Shown in pieces: positions 44,094-57,961 of a DNA stretch of 64,000 bases (positions within the stretch are counted from its first letter, which is position 1; each line of letters opens with the position of its first letter). The notes beneath the pieces are model-generated. The model was not told the origin of the DNA. It saw only the letters and a list, made by a program, of their open reading frames with translations, and did no database searches. Location of the stretch: the NCBI GenBank assembly GCA_009914755.4, contig CP086569.2:7968001-8032000 (forward strand), in the 5' to 3' direction. This DNA is from the human T2T-CHM13v2.0 reference genome, Homo sapiens. The position numbers and the translations under genes were made by a program.

Positions 44094-47000
44094 CCTAGGT
44101 GCTAATCCAAGTGATATGTTACAATGTTTCCTGTTGACACAACCCAACCTGGGTGAAGTGAAGAGCTACATGTCAAAATGCGTTGTAAATGCAGGGCCAA
44201 AGAACTAGAAGGGAGTCACATCACTTATGTGAAGGACCTAAATATAAGACGCAATTCTTTTTGTAGGCAGGTTTCAGGATGATAATTCACATCACCTGGC
44301 TGATGGTCCCAGTGATCCCCAATCCCACTTAAATATTTTGTTACAATAGGGGAGTCACAGCACCACAGGTGTGCTGAATTCTGGTTCAAGTGTTACCAAA
44401 CCACCTGTGCATGTGATCCATGTATGAGAGTAATTATTTCAACCTTCGACTGCTTTATATGTGTGAGATTTAGTACCTTATTCCCAGGCCATGTTCATGT
44501 GTGAGAATGACAAATGTGTCAGCTAGGCGTTCATAAAAGAGTTCCATTCTCACCTTATTGCTGGTGTCTGTTATGACACTCTTTGTATCATGAATGCTTT
44601 TTATAATACAACTGAGTATTATAATCATTTGTGAACTTTATATAAGTGAAAAACACAGGACTTTACTCATGGCGATGAGAGTGACTATGACAGTAAAAAT
44701 ACATCTGCTGGCTGGGTTCAGGTATGAGAGTTATTATGGTGCATGTTTGCTTAAACCAGGTATATGTCACAGGTTCACCTGTGAGCAGGGCCAAGGCAGG
44801 AGAAGCACATCACTTGGGTGCTGAGCCAGTGATAGAGTATAATCTAATTTTGAGGCTGGACCTAGTCAGAAGAGTCACATTACCTGGGTGCAGCTTCAAA
44901 TAGTATGTCACCAAGACCACTATAGAAAGGGAAGAAGAAAGAGAAAAGAGTCACTCAATCTATTTACTGGGCTCTGCAATATGTAATAAAGCCCACTTTT
45001 GGCAGAGTCTAGAATATGAAGGAGAGTCATATAACCTAGATTTTTCAATAATCAGTATGTCACCATTTCCTTAGTTAGCAGGACGCAGATAGGAGATGAG
45101 AGTCACATTACCTAGGTGTTGTCAAACAATATTTAACAATGTTGTCTGAGGGCAGGGAACTGGCATTGGATATAAATTACCTAGCTTACAGGGCCAGAGA
45201 TAAGTGACAATATTCCCCATTGGCAGGGTCCAGGTGGAAGAGTCACATTATTATGACTCTAAGCCAGCGTTATGTCACAATGTACCCATGGGAGGGAATT
45301 TAAGCTAAAAATTCTCAACACCTGGGTATTAGGCTTAGGAGTATGACAAATCTTCTTATCTTTGGAGGCGACACTATTAACTGTGAACTTGGTGTGTATA
45401 TGAAAGTCACAATTTCACATGTTTTCTGGGCCATTGTATGACACTCTACAACATTTGAAGGCTTTATACAGCATTCATGAGAGTTGCAAACCACTGAAAC
45501 CTACAAGCTTGTATGCATTCACAATCTTAAATATTGCCTTAATCCTAGGCTTAATAGTCAACATCTCTTCTGTAAGCTGTATTTGGAATAATACTCATTA
45601 TTATGCCTGTGAGCTGGATTCAGAAATGAGTCACAATCCCATCTGTGGCCAGATCCACATATGAATGTCACAATTACAGGTTTGTACTTTACTCATTTAT
45701 TAGACTAGGACCTGAACAGTGTGGTTATGTTATGTGGGATGGGGAGAACATTTGCTTTCATCTGGGAGTGTAATTGAGAGTCCCAATCATAACTTTTTGC
45801 AGCTGCCCATCATGAAACCCTCTGTACAACACTAGGAGGTTATACATTATGAGTTAGTATTGTAAAGTTTTGTGAGCTTGGTACAAATATGCAACTCAGG
45901 ACCTTATCTATTCAATTAAGCCTAGAGATGAAAGGCAGCATATCTTCTATTGTCTGAATTTCACTACAAGTTTGACAATCATACTTTAAACAGAAGTAAG
46001 GCATATGCCATATTCCCATTTGAGGGCAAAAAACTAAGTAGGAGGGCAACATCACTTAGCAGCTGTGTTAAACAACATGTGAAAATACCCACCCTGGGAA
46101 GAGCATAGGAATTAGAGTCACATTAAATGGGTGCTAGACTCAGCAATATGAACCATCCAACATGTGGAAAAACAAAAACAAAAACAACAAACAACAACAA
46201 CAACAAAACAGCCAAGGGATGAGAGCCAAAACACCTACATAATTGGCCCACAATCTGTCAAAATACCTTCTGTTGCTTTGGCACAGGCATGAGAGTCACA
46301 CTATCAGGATGCTGGGCACAGCAATATGTCATAATTCTTTCTGTATGCTGGACCAGGAAAAAGAGTATCATTAACTGGGTGCTGGCCTCTGCCATAGGTC
46401 AAAATTTCTGTTTGTGAGCAAGGTTTGAGGAAAAAAAACAAGAGTCATATAACCTGAGTGTTGGTATCAGTAATATGTCACAATTCCCCCAATGTAAAGA
46501 CCAGGCAGAAGAAGAGAGCCATTTCATGTAGGTCGTGGGCTCAGAGCTATATCTCAGTGTCCCTCCTAGGCATGTACGAAGTAGAAAATGAGTCCCATAT
46601 CACCTAGGTGCTTCCCTAGTTATATCACTTGGGTACAGCCTCAAGTAATGTGTCAGCATGCCAAATGTAGATGGGTTAAAGAAAAAAAGAGAATCACACA
46701 ATCTGGTTTCTGGGCTCAGCAATATTTAATCATTCTCTCTCTTGGCAGAGTTCAAGACGAATAGGAGAGACAGGTCACCTAGGTTTTGCACTCAAATAAT
46801 ATGTTACAATGGACATACGTGAAAATTCCTGTTTCCAGAGCCCAGGCAGAAGACACACATTATCATGATTTTGACCCATAATGCTCTTATGGAGAGGAAT
46901 TTAAACAAAAAAGACTCAACACCGGGATACTAGGCCAAGGGATATGACACAATCTCCTCATCTTTAAGGGTGACATCATTAACGTTAGATAGTTGTGTAT

Positions 47001-48902
47001 ATGAGCATCACAATCTCATGTGTGTGCTGACCATAGTATGACACTCCCTACAACATCTGAGAATTTTATACAAGAGGCATGAGAGTAGCAAAACTCTGAG
47101 GCCTATATGGTTATATGAACTCACCATCTTACATATTGCCCTAAACCCAGGTATGACAGTCAACATCTCTCCTATAGGCTGGCTTCAGGGATGAGACCAT
47201 TATTATGCCTGTGAGCTGGGTCCAGAAATGGGTCACCATCACACCTGTGGCCAGATTCATTTCTGAAATTCACAATTCCAACTTTGTGCTTTATTCACTT
47301 GTTAGACTCATGACCTCATCAGTGGGCCTTGTAAATGTAGAATAGTAACAACTTTTACTTTCACCTTAGTTTGTAGTCTAGAGTCATAATCTTAACTTTT
47401 TGCTGGGTTCTGTTATAAAACACTCTGTTCCACCCAAGAAGTTTGTATGATGTGAGTTGGTGTTGTAAACTTCTGTGAGATTTGTACACATTTGCAGTGA
47501 AGAACCTTACCTATTGACATAATCCTAGGGGTGAGAGGCATCCTATCTCCTATTGGTTGAATCCCAATATAAGCTTGATCATTAGGTTTTGAACTGAAGC
47601 AAGGTATATGTCACAATCCCATTTCTGGGCAAAAAAGTAGGCCGAAGGTTAACATCACTTTAAGTGTTCTGCCAAGCCATATATCACAATGCCCTCTCTA
47701 GGCAGAGCCTAAAAATGAGGCTGACATTAACTGTCAGTTTAAGCCAGAAATTTTATACAACCACAAGTGGAAGAATCCTAGCAATATGATGAGAGCCAAA
47801 GTACTTACAGAATGGGACAAAGATATGTCAAAATATCTTCTATGGTTCTGGCAAAGAAAGGAGAGTCTCATGATTAGTGTGCTAGGCCCAGCAATATGCC
47901 ATAATTTCCTCTTTATAAATGACCTAGGCAGAAGAGTAACATCATCTGGGTGCTGGGCCTTGAAATACAGTAAGTGTCCTGTTTGTGGGCATTGTTCAGC
48001 AAGAAGACATAAGTCATATTACCTAAGTGCTGGGCTCATCAACATGTCACAATATTCCCATTGTAAAGGCCCAGAAAGAAGTCATGTCACTTAGGTTATG
48101 GGCTCAGAGATATGGCCCAATGTAACCAGCAGGCATGGCTCAGGCAGAAAAAGACAGTCATATTCCCTAGGTGCTTCTTTAGGTATATGTTGCAATTTAA
48201 TATGTTGGCACAACCCAGGTAGAAAAGCAAAATCACTTTGTCCTGGGTCATGAGATATTCTTAAGTCACCCTTAGAGAAGGACCTAGACAAGAGAGTAAC
48301 ATCACCTAGATGCAGGTTTCACCCTTATGCCACAATGATACATGTGGGCAGAACCAAGCAGGAAGTCACATCAACTAAGTGATAGGCCCAGAGATATGTT
48401 CCAAAGCCCTCCTTAAAGCATGGCCCTGACAAAAGAGTACCATCACTTTTGTGCCTTGCCTAGCAATATGTCACTATTCAAGTCAGCAGGTCCCAAGCAG
48501 AAGAGCCATATCACCTACATGATATGTTCTGTGATATGTAAAAATGCCCTTTTTTGAGCATGGCCCTTGCAAAAGAGTATCATCACCTGTGTGCCTGGCC
48601 TAGAAATATGTCTCTGTTCTTCCCTGTGCTGCAGGACCGCTTCCAGAGAGGAGAGTTATGTCTTCTAGATGATGGACACAGTCATATATCACAATGATGT
48701 CTGTGGGCATGGTGTAGGCAAGAATGTAACATCACCTAGGTGCTGGATCCAGTGATGTCACCATTCTTGCTAAGCATGATCCAGGCAGAAGAGTCACATC
48801 ATTTCAAGGTTGACCCATGTAGATATCAAAATCCCATATATAGTCTAGATCCAGTCTGAAGAATGAAATCATGCAGGTGCTTGCCATAGATTTATATCAC
48901 AA

Positions 48903-48940
48903 AGTTCTGGAATTATAGGCATTAGCCACTGTGCCCGGCC
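48903..48940 (-). mobile_element. Alu 5'-end remnant (38 bp)
   Basis: ctggaattataggcattagccactgtgcccggcc equals the reverse complement of the Alu 5' end. It sits where ~1.3 kb present in the paralogous copy (43100-44440) is absent. Confidence 0.6.
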
Positions 48941-49974
48941 TTTGAGTACAACTTTGTGTGAGATTTAGTACTTTATTTGTACCTGTTCTTGTGAGAGAAT
49001 AAAAATGAGGTCAGCTGGGTGTGCAACCAAGAGTCACAATTGCATCTGGTTGCTGCTGTTCCCTGTTATGACACTCTTTGTATTACTCAGGATTTATATG
49101 ATATGCCTGAGTTTCATAATCCTCTGTGAAATTCATGCAATTATGAGACCAATTACTTTACTTATTGCTGTAAGACTGACTATGAGATCCAAAATATCTC
49201 TCCCTTCTGGATCCAGGTATGAGAGTTATATTAGTGCATGTGAGTTGAACCTAGGTATATGTCACAATTTCACCTGTGGGCAGAAACAAGGCAGGAGGGT
49301 CTCATCCCCTAGATTCTGAGCTCAGGATGCATTATAATCTTCTTTGCAGCCAGGGCAAGTCAGAAGTGTTATATCACCTGGGTAAAGCCCCAAATAATAT
49401 GACACCATGTTCCCTGTAGACAGGGTGTGAAGAAAAAGAGGAGAGTCACACCACCTTGGTGCTGGGCTTGGCAATATGTAATAATCTCCTTTTTTTGCAG
49501 ACTCCATAATAAAAGGAAGAGTTGCATTACCTAGGTTTTGCACTCAGCATCATGTTGCATTACTTAATGCAACATAATGCACTCAGCATTATGTCAGTAC
49601 CATAATGCACTCAGCATTATGTCATGATTAGTTTAGTAGGCAGGACCCTGTGATCAGGGCCTAGAAAAGACAATCAAATAATTCATGGGCTGGGCAAAGG
49701 CTGTTGTCTTAATTACACTCTCAGTAATATTTGGAAATAAGTCTCACATCCCACACAAGTCCTGGTTTTGTACATGTGAGTCAAATCTTTCTATGAGTTT
49801 TTGTATATGTGAGTATATGAGTTTTGGTATATGTGAGTCAACTCTTTCTATGAGTTGGGTCAAAGTAGTCGAGTCACAATCTCAACAATGGGTAAGATTT
49901 ATGTGTAAGAACTCCAATCGCACTTGAAGATTGTGTTTCAGTAGGGGAATTACAGCATGACAGGTGTGCTGAAT

Positions 49975-50292
49975 CATGATTTAAATATTGCTCACTCCTT
50001 CAATCCCGACACTTTGGGAGGCCAAGACAGGAGGATCACTTGAAGCCAAGATTTTAAGACCACCCTGGGTAACATAGCAAGACCCTATCTCTACAAAAAA
50101 TTGAAAAATTATCCAGGCATGGTGGTGCATGCCTGTTGTCCTAGCTACTCAAGAGGCTGCAGAGGGAGGATCGCTTGAGCCCAGGAGTTTGAGGTTACAG
50201 TGAGCTGTGATTGTCCCACTGCACTTCAGCATGGGCAACAGAGTGAGACTTGTCTCTGAAACAAACCAATACTAAATTAAATAAAACATAAG
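49975..50292 (+). mobile_element. AluJ-type SINE (old), slightly 5'-truncated, with degenerate A-rich tail
   Basis: gctcactcc ttcaatcccgacactttgggaggccaagacaggaggatcacttgaagccaagattttaagaccaccctgggtaacatagcaagaccctatctctacaaaaaattgaaaaattatccaggcatggtggtgcatgcctgt... The paralogous copy at 44330-44400 lacks it. Confidence 0.8.
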
Positions 50293-51449
50293 CACAAATA
50301 CACACTCACACACATACAAGAGTATATATATATCCTAAAGTTTATTCCACAGTAACCATAGTAATATATAGAGATTTTTCTAATTCTTTTTACAGCTGCA
50401 TAATAATCGGTTGTGTTAATCTTCATAGTTTATTTAACTATTCTGTGTTATTGAATATTTGGATTATTTGCAATCCACTTGCTATTAAAAACGGTGGTTC
50501 AATAAAAAAAATTACCAAAGCACCTGTGAATCTGATCTATGTATGAGAGTAATTATTTCAACCTTTGACTATTTTATATGTCAGATATAGTACCTCATTC
50601 CTAGACCCTGTTCAAGTTTGAGAATGACAATCATGTCAGATAGGTGTGCATACAAGAGTCACATTCTCAACTGGTTGCTGGTCTCTGTTATGACACTTTG
50701 TACCACTAAGTGTTTATGTGATAGGCCTGAGGGCTATAATCCTTTATGACCCTTATACAAGTGAAAAATCCAGGACTTTACCCATGACCATAAGACTGGC
50801 TGAGAGTCAAAATATCTCTACTGGCTGGGTCCAGGTGTGACAGATATTATTATAAATGTGTATTTAACTCCGGTATATGTCACAATTTCACCTGTGAGCA
50901 GGGACAAGGCAGGAGAGTCACATTACCTGAGTGCTGAGCCAGTGATACACTATGATATCATTTGCAGCCTGGTCTTATTCAGAAAGGTCATATCACCTAG
51001 GTAAAGCCTTAAATAGTACGTCACCAAGCCCATGACAGACAGGGAAGAAGAAAAAAAGGAGAGTCACTCCACTAAGGTGCTGGGATCTTCAATATGTAAT
51101 AATTCCCTCTCTTGGCAGAATCTAGAATATGAAGAAGAGCCACATCACCTAGGTTTTGCAATCAGTAGTATGTCATAATTTCTTTTGTCGTCAGGACCCA
51201 GGCAAGACATGAGAGTCACATGACCTAGATTAGTTAGCCAAATGATATTTCAGAATATCCTCTGGGGGCAGAGGCAGGAGAGAAAAATTGCCTAGCTTAC
51301 AGGCCAAAAGATATGTCATAATATTCCCCATTGTCAGGGTCCAGGCAGAAGAGTCATATTATTATGATTCTAACCTGGAGATATGTCACAGTTCATCTGT
51401 ATGTAGGAATTTATGCCAAAACATCTCAACACCTTGGTAGTAGGCCTAC

Positions 51450-51893
51450 ATCTCCTAGACGAGTCAGCTGCTCCCACAGAATCCTCACACGACCACCCCA
51501 ACCTCTCACCCTCAATAATTATCTTTCTATGCTATTAAAATTAATTGTGACCACCACCCCATCATACTCAAATATTCATTGGACCAATGCCAACTCTCTT
51601 AATAATTCTAATAATAAAGACCCTCAAATATCAGTAGTTGACCCTCATGTTTCAGGATATTCCTTAATAGTGATAGCCACAGTATAACCAAAAACAACCA
51701 TCATATCACCTAAATAAATAAAAAAAAGACTATTGACCCTATGAAACCCCCAAGAAAATTCAACACAATTCCACAACACACAGCATCACTAATAATTAAC
51801 TCTAGGCCTCCATAAATAGAAGAAAGTTTTGAAGAAAAACCTACAAACCTTACAGCCAAGGGAATACTTAATAAAAATAAAGCATATTACATT
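51450..51893 (-). pseudogene. MT-ND6: MT-ND6-derived fragment (3'-truncated), NUMT copy
   Basis: Reverse complement of ND6: ..accaccccatcatac.., ..gaaaaacctacaaacc.., ending aaagcatattacat (= rc of the ATG start region). Confidence 0.75.
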
Positions 51894-51962
51894 ATTCTCA
51901 CATGGACTATAACTATGACTAATGATATGAAAACCATCGTTGTACTTCAACTATAAGAACAT
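51894..51962 (-). pseudogene. MT-TE: mt tRNA-Glu-derived, NUMT copy
   Basis: tattctcacatggactataactatgactaatgatatgaaaaccatcgttgtacttcaactataagaacatt aligns to human tRNA-Glu (L-strand). Confidence 0.7.
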
Positions 51963-51965
51963 TAA

Positions 51966-53082
51966 TGACCAATACTCACAAAACACATTGCTAATAAAAT
52001 TATTAACTACTAATTCATTGATCTTTCCACACCATCTAACATTTCTACATGATGAAACTTTGGATCACTTCTTGGTGGCTGCCTAATTCTCCAGATCCTC
52101 ACAGGATTATTCTTGGCCCTGCACTATACTTCAGACACCTCAACTGCATTTCCTTCAGTTGCTCATATCAGCCAAGATGTAAACTGCAGTTGAATGGTTT
52201 GTTATTTTCAGGACAATGGCCCTTCAATATTTTTCATCTGCTTCTTCTTATGTGTTGACCAAGGCTTATATTACAAATCATTTCTATTCCTGGAAACCTG
52301 AAATATTGGCATTATCCTCCTATTCACAACTATAGCATCAGCATTCATAGGCTACATGCTCCCATGGGACAAATATCATTTTGAGGCACTACAGTAATTA
52401 CAAATCTGCTATCAGCCATACAATATATTGGAACTGACCTGGTACAATGAATCTGAGGCAGATTCTCAGTGAACAAGGCCACCCTCAAACAACTATTCAG
52501 ATTCAATTTCATCTTACTTTTCAACCCTACAGCTCTAGCAACGATTCACCTTTTATTCTTGCATGAGAGAGGATTTTTAGGAGTTTCATCAGACCCAGAC
52601 AAAATCATGCTCCACCCCTACTATAAAACCAAAGATATCTAGGTTTAATTTTTCTTCTCCTTCTAATAACTCTAGTACTGTTTTCACCAGACCTCCTTAA
52701 CAACCCAGATAATTAGAGTTTAGCCAACCCCCTCAATACTCCACCCCACATTAACCAATACCTTTTTTTGGTGTACCCAATCTTACTACCTATCCCTAAC
52801 AACCTAGGAAGTGTACTGGCCCTCATATCATCCACTCTCATTCTAGCAGTTATTTCTGTACTTCACAAGTCTAAGCAACAAGGCATCATATGCCAGCCAT
52901 TAAATCAATGCATATTCTGAATCCTAGTGGCTGTTCTGTTTACATTCACATGAATCGGAGGGAAGCCATCAAATACCCTTTTATTGACATCAGACAGACA
53001 GCATCTATCATGTACTTCTCTACCATCCTCACCCTTATGCTGCTCACTACCCTAATTGAAAATAAATTACTTAAATGAAAAT
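51966..53082 (+). pseudogene. MT-CYB: MT-CYB-derived pseudogene, NUMT copy
   Basis: Starts atgaccaatactcacaaaacacattgctaataaaattattaactactaattcattgatctttccacaccatctaacatttctacatgatgaaactttgg (MTN.RKTH.L.KIINHSFIDLPTPSNIS.WWNFGS). Ends ..attgaaaataaattacttaaatga (ENKLLKW in the mt code). Confidence 0.88.
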
Positions 53083-53220
53083 TCTCTTGTAGTATAATTC
53101 AATACTCTGATCTTCTAAACCAGAAATGGAGAATCCCCTCTACAGGACAACTCAAGAAAAAAGCATTTCTACTTCACCGTCAACTCCCAAAGCTGAAATT
53201 CTAATTAAATTATCCCTGAA
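53083..53220. pseudogene. mt tRNA-Thr (+) and tRNA-Pro (-) derived, NUMT copy
   Basis: ttctcttgtagtataattcaatactctgatcttctaaaccagaaatggagaatcccctc.. / ..actcaagaaaaaagcatttctacttcaccgtcaactcccaaagctgaaattctaattaaatt; colinear with human 15888-16023. Confidence 0.75.
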
Positions 53221-54511
53221 TTTTTTTACAGCACACACTTTAACTACTATGTCAGTATTAATCAACTAACACTAATACATTAGTGCTTTTATGTATTTTG
53301 TACATTACTGCTATCCCCATGAATAGTATGTATTACTATAATTGTTTATTCATACTTTCATACATGCAGATACATTACAAATCTGCTCCACATACATATA
53401 AGCATGTATTAACCTTCCCTTAATCAACTATGCTATATCTACTATTATTGACAGTACAATACAAATCTAATTTATATGAATATTGACCTATATTAGATAT
53501 CCTTAATATGACATAGTGCCTACATTTATTTTTCAGACATAACACATTTCTGTCAAGAAATCTCTTGTCAACATGGATATCCTCTACCAAATCCTGATCT
53601 CTTAATCTACCAACTTCTGTGAAATCACCATCCTAATTGGGAGTACTACCCACCTCATTCTGGGCCCTTAACACATGTGGCTGACTATTTTGAAAGTATA
53701 ACTGGCAACTGGTTCTTACTTCAGGACCATGAAACTAAGATCACTCACATGTTCCCCTTAAATAAGACATATTGATAGACTAAAGGCTACCACCATATTA
53801 ACCAGTAATGGGAGCACTATCATGCATTTGATATTTTTAACTTTGGAGGCTGCTGTCACTCACCATCAAGGAAAGCCTAGTCTCCTCTGAATCTGCTGTA
53901 CATGAATTCAGATTTAATTCCTGCCAAATCAATGGTAGAAACTGAGCTCGTATTGAATATTCTGGGCTGGCACAGGAACCATAGCTGTTAATTAATTCTT
54001 GCTTAAAAGACATAACAATTAGTCATTAGGCACGTATGTTCATGAAGGTATGCTCACTTTCAAGAACTACTTCTGATTAAATCCACAAACTCCTCCTCCC
54101 CTCATCACTGACTTTACCATCAACCAAGGTAAATTTATCTTTGCCAAATTCCAAAAACAAGAGACTAAACTGGAACACAGCTAGAACTCAAAAATCATAT
54201 TTTAACCATGAATACCCCAACTTCTACCCCAGGATTGAGGAAATTTTCCTAAAAATCTTAAGACCCAACAAATCAAGCCTCCATTTTATATAATGAATAT
54301 AATAACTAAACTTCCATCTTAACACTAATATAATAACCTGAGCATATCTCTCTAAAAGCGCCACCCCATGTATTATACCTTAAATCAATTATATTCTAAT
54401 TATGAGTAATCCTCTCAACTCAATCTCTGCCAATTCAACTTCAAAGGCCGTGAATTCTCAGAAGTGTAAATGACTACTTATATTTACTTCTCTCCTTCTC
54501 ATATTCTAATT
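53221..54511 (+). other. mt control region (D-loop) derived sequence, NUMT copy, ~1.29 kb
   Basis: Contains ..gtacattactgc.. and the conserved central block ..ctggttcttacttcaggaccatgaaactaagatcactcacatgttccccttaaataagacat.. (human: ctggttcctacttcagggtcataaagcctaaatagcccacacgttccccttaaataagacat). Confidence 0.8.
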
Positions 54512-54594
54512 TTAGACTTAAGTATCTATACAGTTAACATAGCTTTATTATTTCAAAGCAAGACACTGAAAATGTCTAGATGGGTCTAGACAAT
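54512..54594 (+). pseudogene. MT-TF: mt tRNA-Phe-derived, NUMT copy
   Basis: gtatctatacagttaacatagcttta...cactgaaaatgtctagatgggtctagacaatcccataaaca aligns to human tRNA-Phe. Confidence 0.7.
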
Positions 54595-55122
54595 CCCATA
54601 AACAAACAGATTTAGTCCAGGCCTTTCTATTAGATCCTAGTAAGATTACACAAGCAAGCATCCCTGAGCCGGTGAAAATGCCTTATAGATCACCCGGATC
54701 AAAAGGAGTAAGAATCAAGGATGCACAAATGCAGCTCAAAACACTTTGCTCAATCACAACCCTGTGGGAAACAGCAGTGATAAATATTTAGTAATAAATG
54801 AATATTTAACTAAGCTATGCTGATATCCAGGGCTGGTCAGTTTCATGCCAGCCACCATGGCCATACGATTAACCCAAGCTAATGGAACACTGCATAAAGA
54901 GTGTGTAAGTTCTGCTCTCACTAAGGCTAAACTCCATCTAAGTTGTAAAAAACTCCAGCTGAAAAACAATATACTATGAAGGTGGTTTTATTATCCTGAA
55001 GGCACAATAGCCAAGACCCAAACAGGAATTAGATAACACACTATGCTCAGCCCTAAACTCTAATAGTTACATTAACAAAACCACCAGAATACTACAAGCA
55101 ACAGCTTAAAATTTAAAGGACT
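54595..55122 (+). pseudogene. MT-RNR1: 12S rRNA-derived (5' ~0.52 kb), NUMT copy; not a functional rRNA gene
   Basis: aacagatttagtccaggcctttctattagatcctagtaagattacacaagcaagcatccc...gtgccagccaccatggccatacgattaacccaagctaatgg.. Broken at 55122 by the L1. Confidence 0.9.
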
Positions 55123-57444
<2,322 letters not shown>

Positions 57445-57892
57445 AAAATTAAAGGACTCAGCGGTGCTTTATATCCCTCTAGAGGAGCCTGTTTTTTAAT
57501 CAATAAAACCTGATATACCTCACCACTTCTTGCCCCCAACCTATATATCCCCCTCTTTAGAAAACCCTAAAATGGTTATAGAGTAAGCACAAGCATACCC
57601 ACAAAAATGTTAGATCAAGGTGTAGCTCCTGAGCTGGCAAGAAGTGGACTACATTTTCTGTACCCAGAATATCTCATAACAACTTCTATGAATTCTAAGG
57701 GCTCAAGGAGAATTTAGCAGTAAACCAAGAGCAGAGTGCTTGGTTGAATAAGGCCATGAAGCATGCATATACCACCTGTCACCCTCCTCAAATATTATTC
57801 TAGAAATTACTATTACTGAAAATTCTCCATGCACTTATAAAGGAGCTCCATGACAAAATGGTAAGCATACTGAAAAGTGTGCTTGGACAAAC
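57445..57892 (+). pseudogene. MT-RNR1: 12S rRNA-derived (3' ~0.45 kb), NUMT copy
   Basis: ..aaaggactcagcggtgctttatatccctctagaggagcctgtt...gttagatcaaggtgtagctcctgagctggcaagaagtggactacattttctg..cacctgtcaccctcctcaa..gtaagcatactgaaaagtgtgcttggacaaac. Confidence 0.9.
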
Positions 57893-57961
57893 AAAAGTGT
57901 AGTTTAACCCAAAGCATCTGGCTTACTCCCAGAAGATGTCATCACAACCTGATCACATTGA
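57893..57961 (+). pseudogene. MT-TV: mt tRNA-Val-derived, NUMT copy
   Basis: aaaagtgtagtttaacccaaagcatctggcttactcccagaagatgtcatcacaacctgatcacattga. Confidence 0.7.

Larger units (their letters stand above)
40290..51449 (-). repeat. Beta-satellite-like array (reverse arm, part 1): same monomer family and same higher-order unit as 1-35530, reverse-complemented
   Basis: Monomers read agagtcacatcacctaggtgctgggcccagagatatgtcacaatgcc...ggcag, the reverse complement of the left-arm core. Higher-order landmarks at 41480/45660/47270; shared segment at 44440-44850, 48941-49320 and 50560-50960. Confidence 0.7.
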
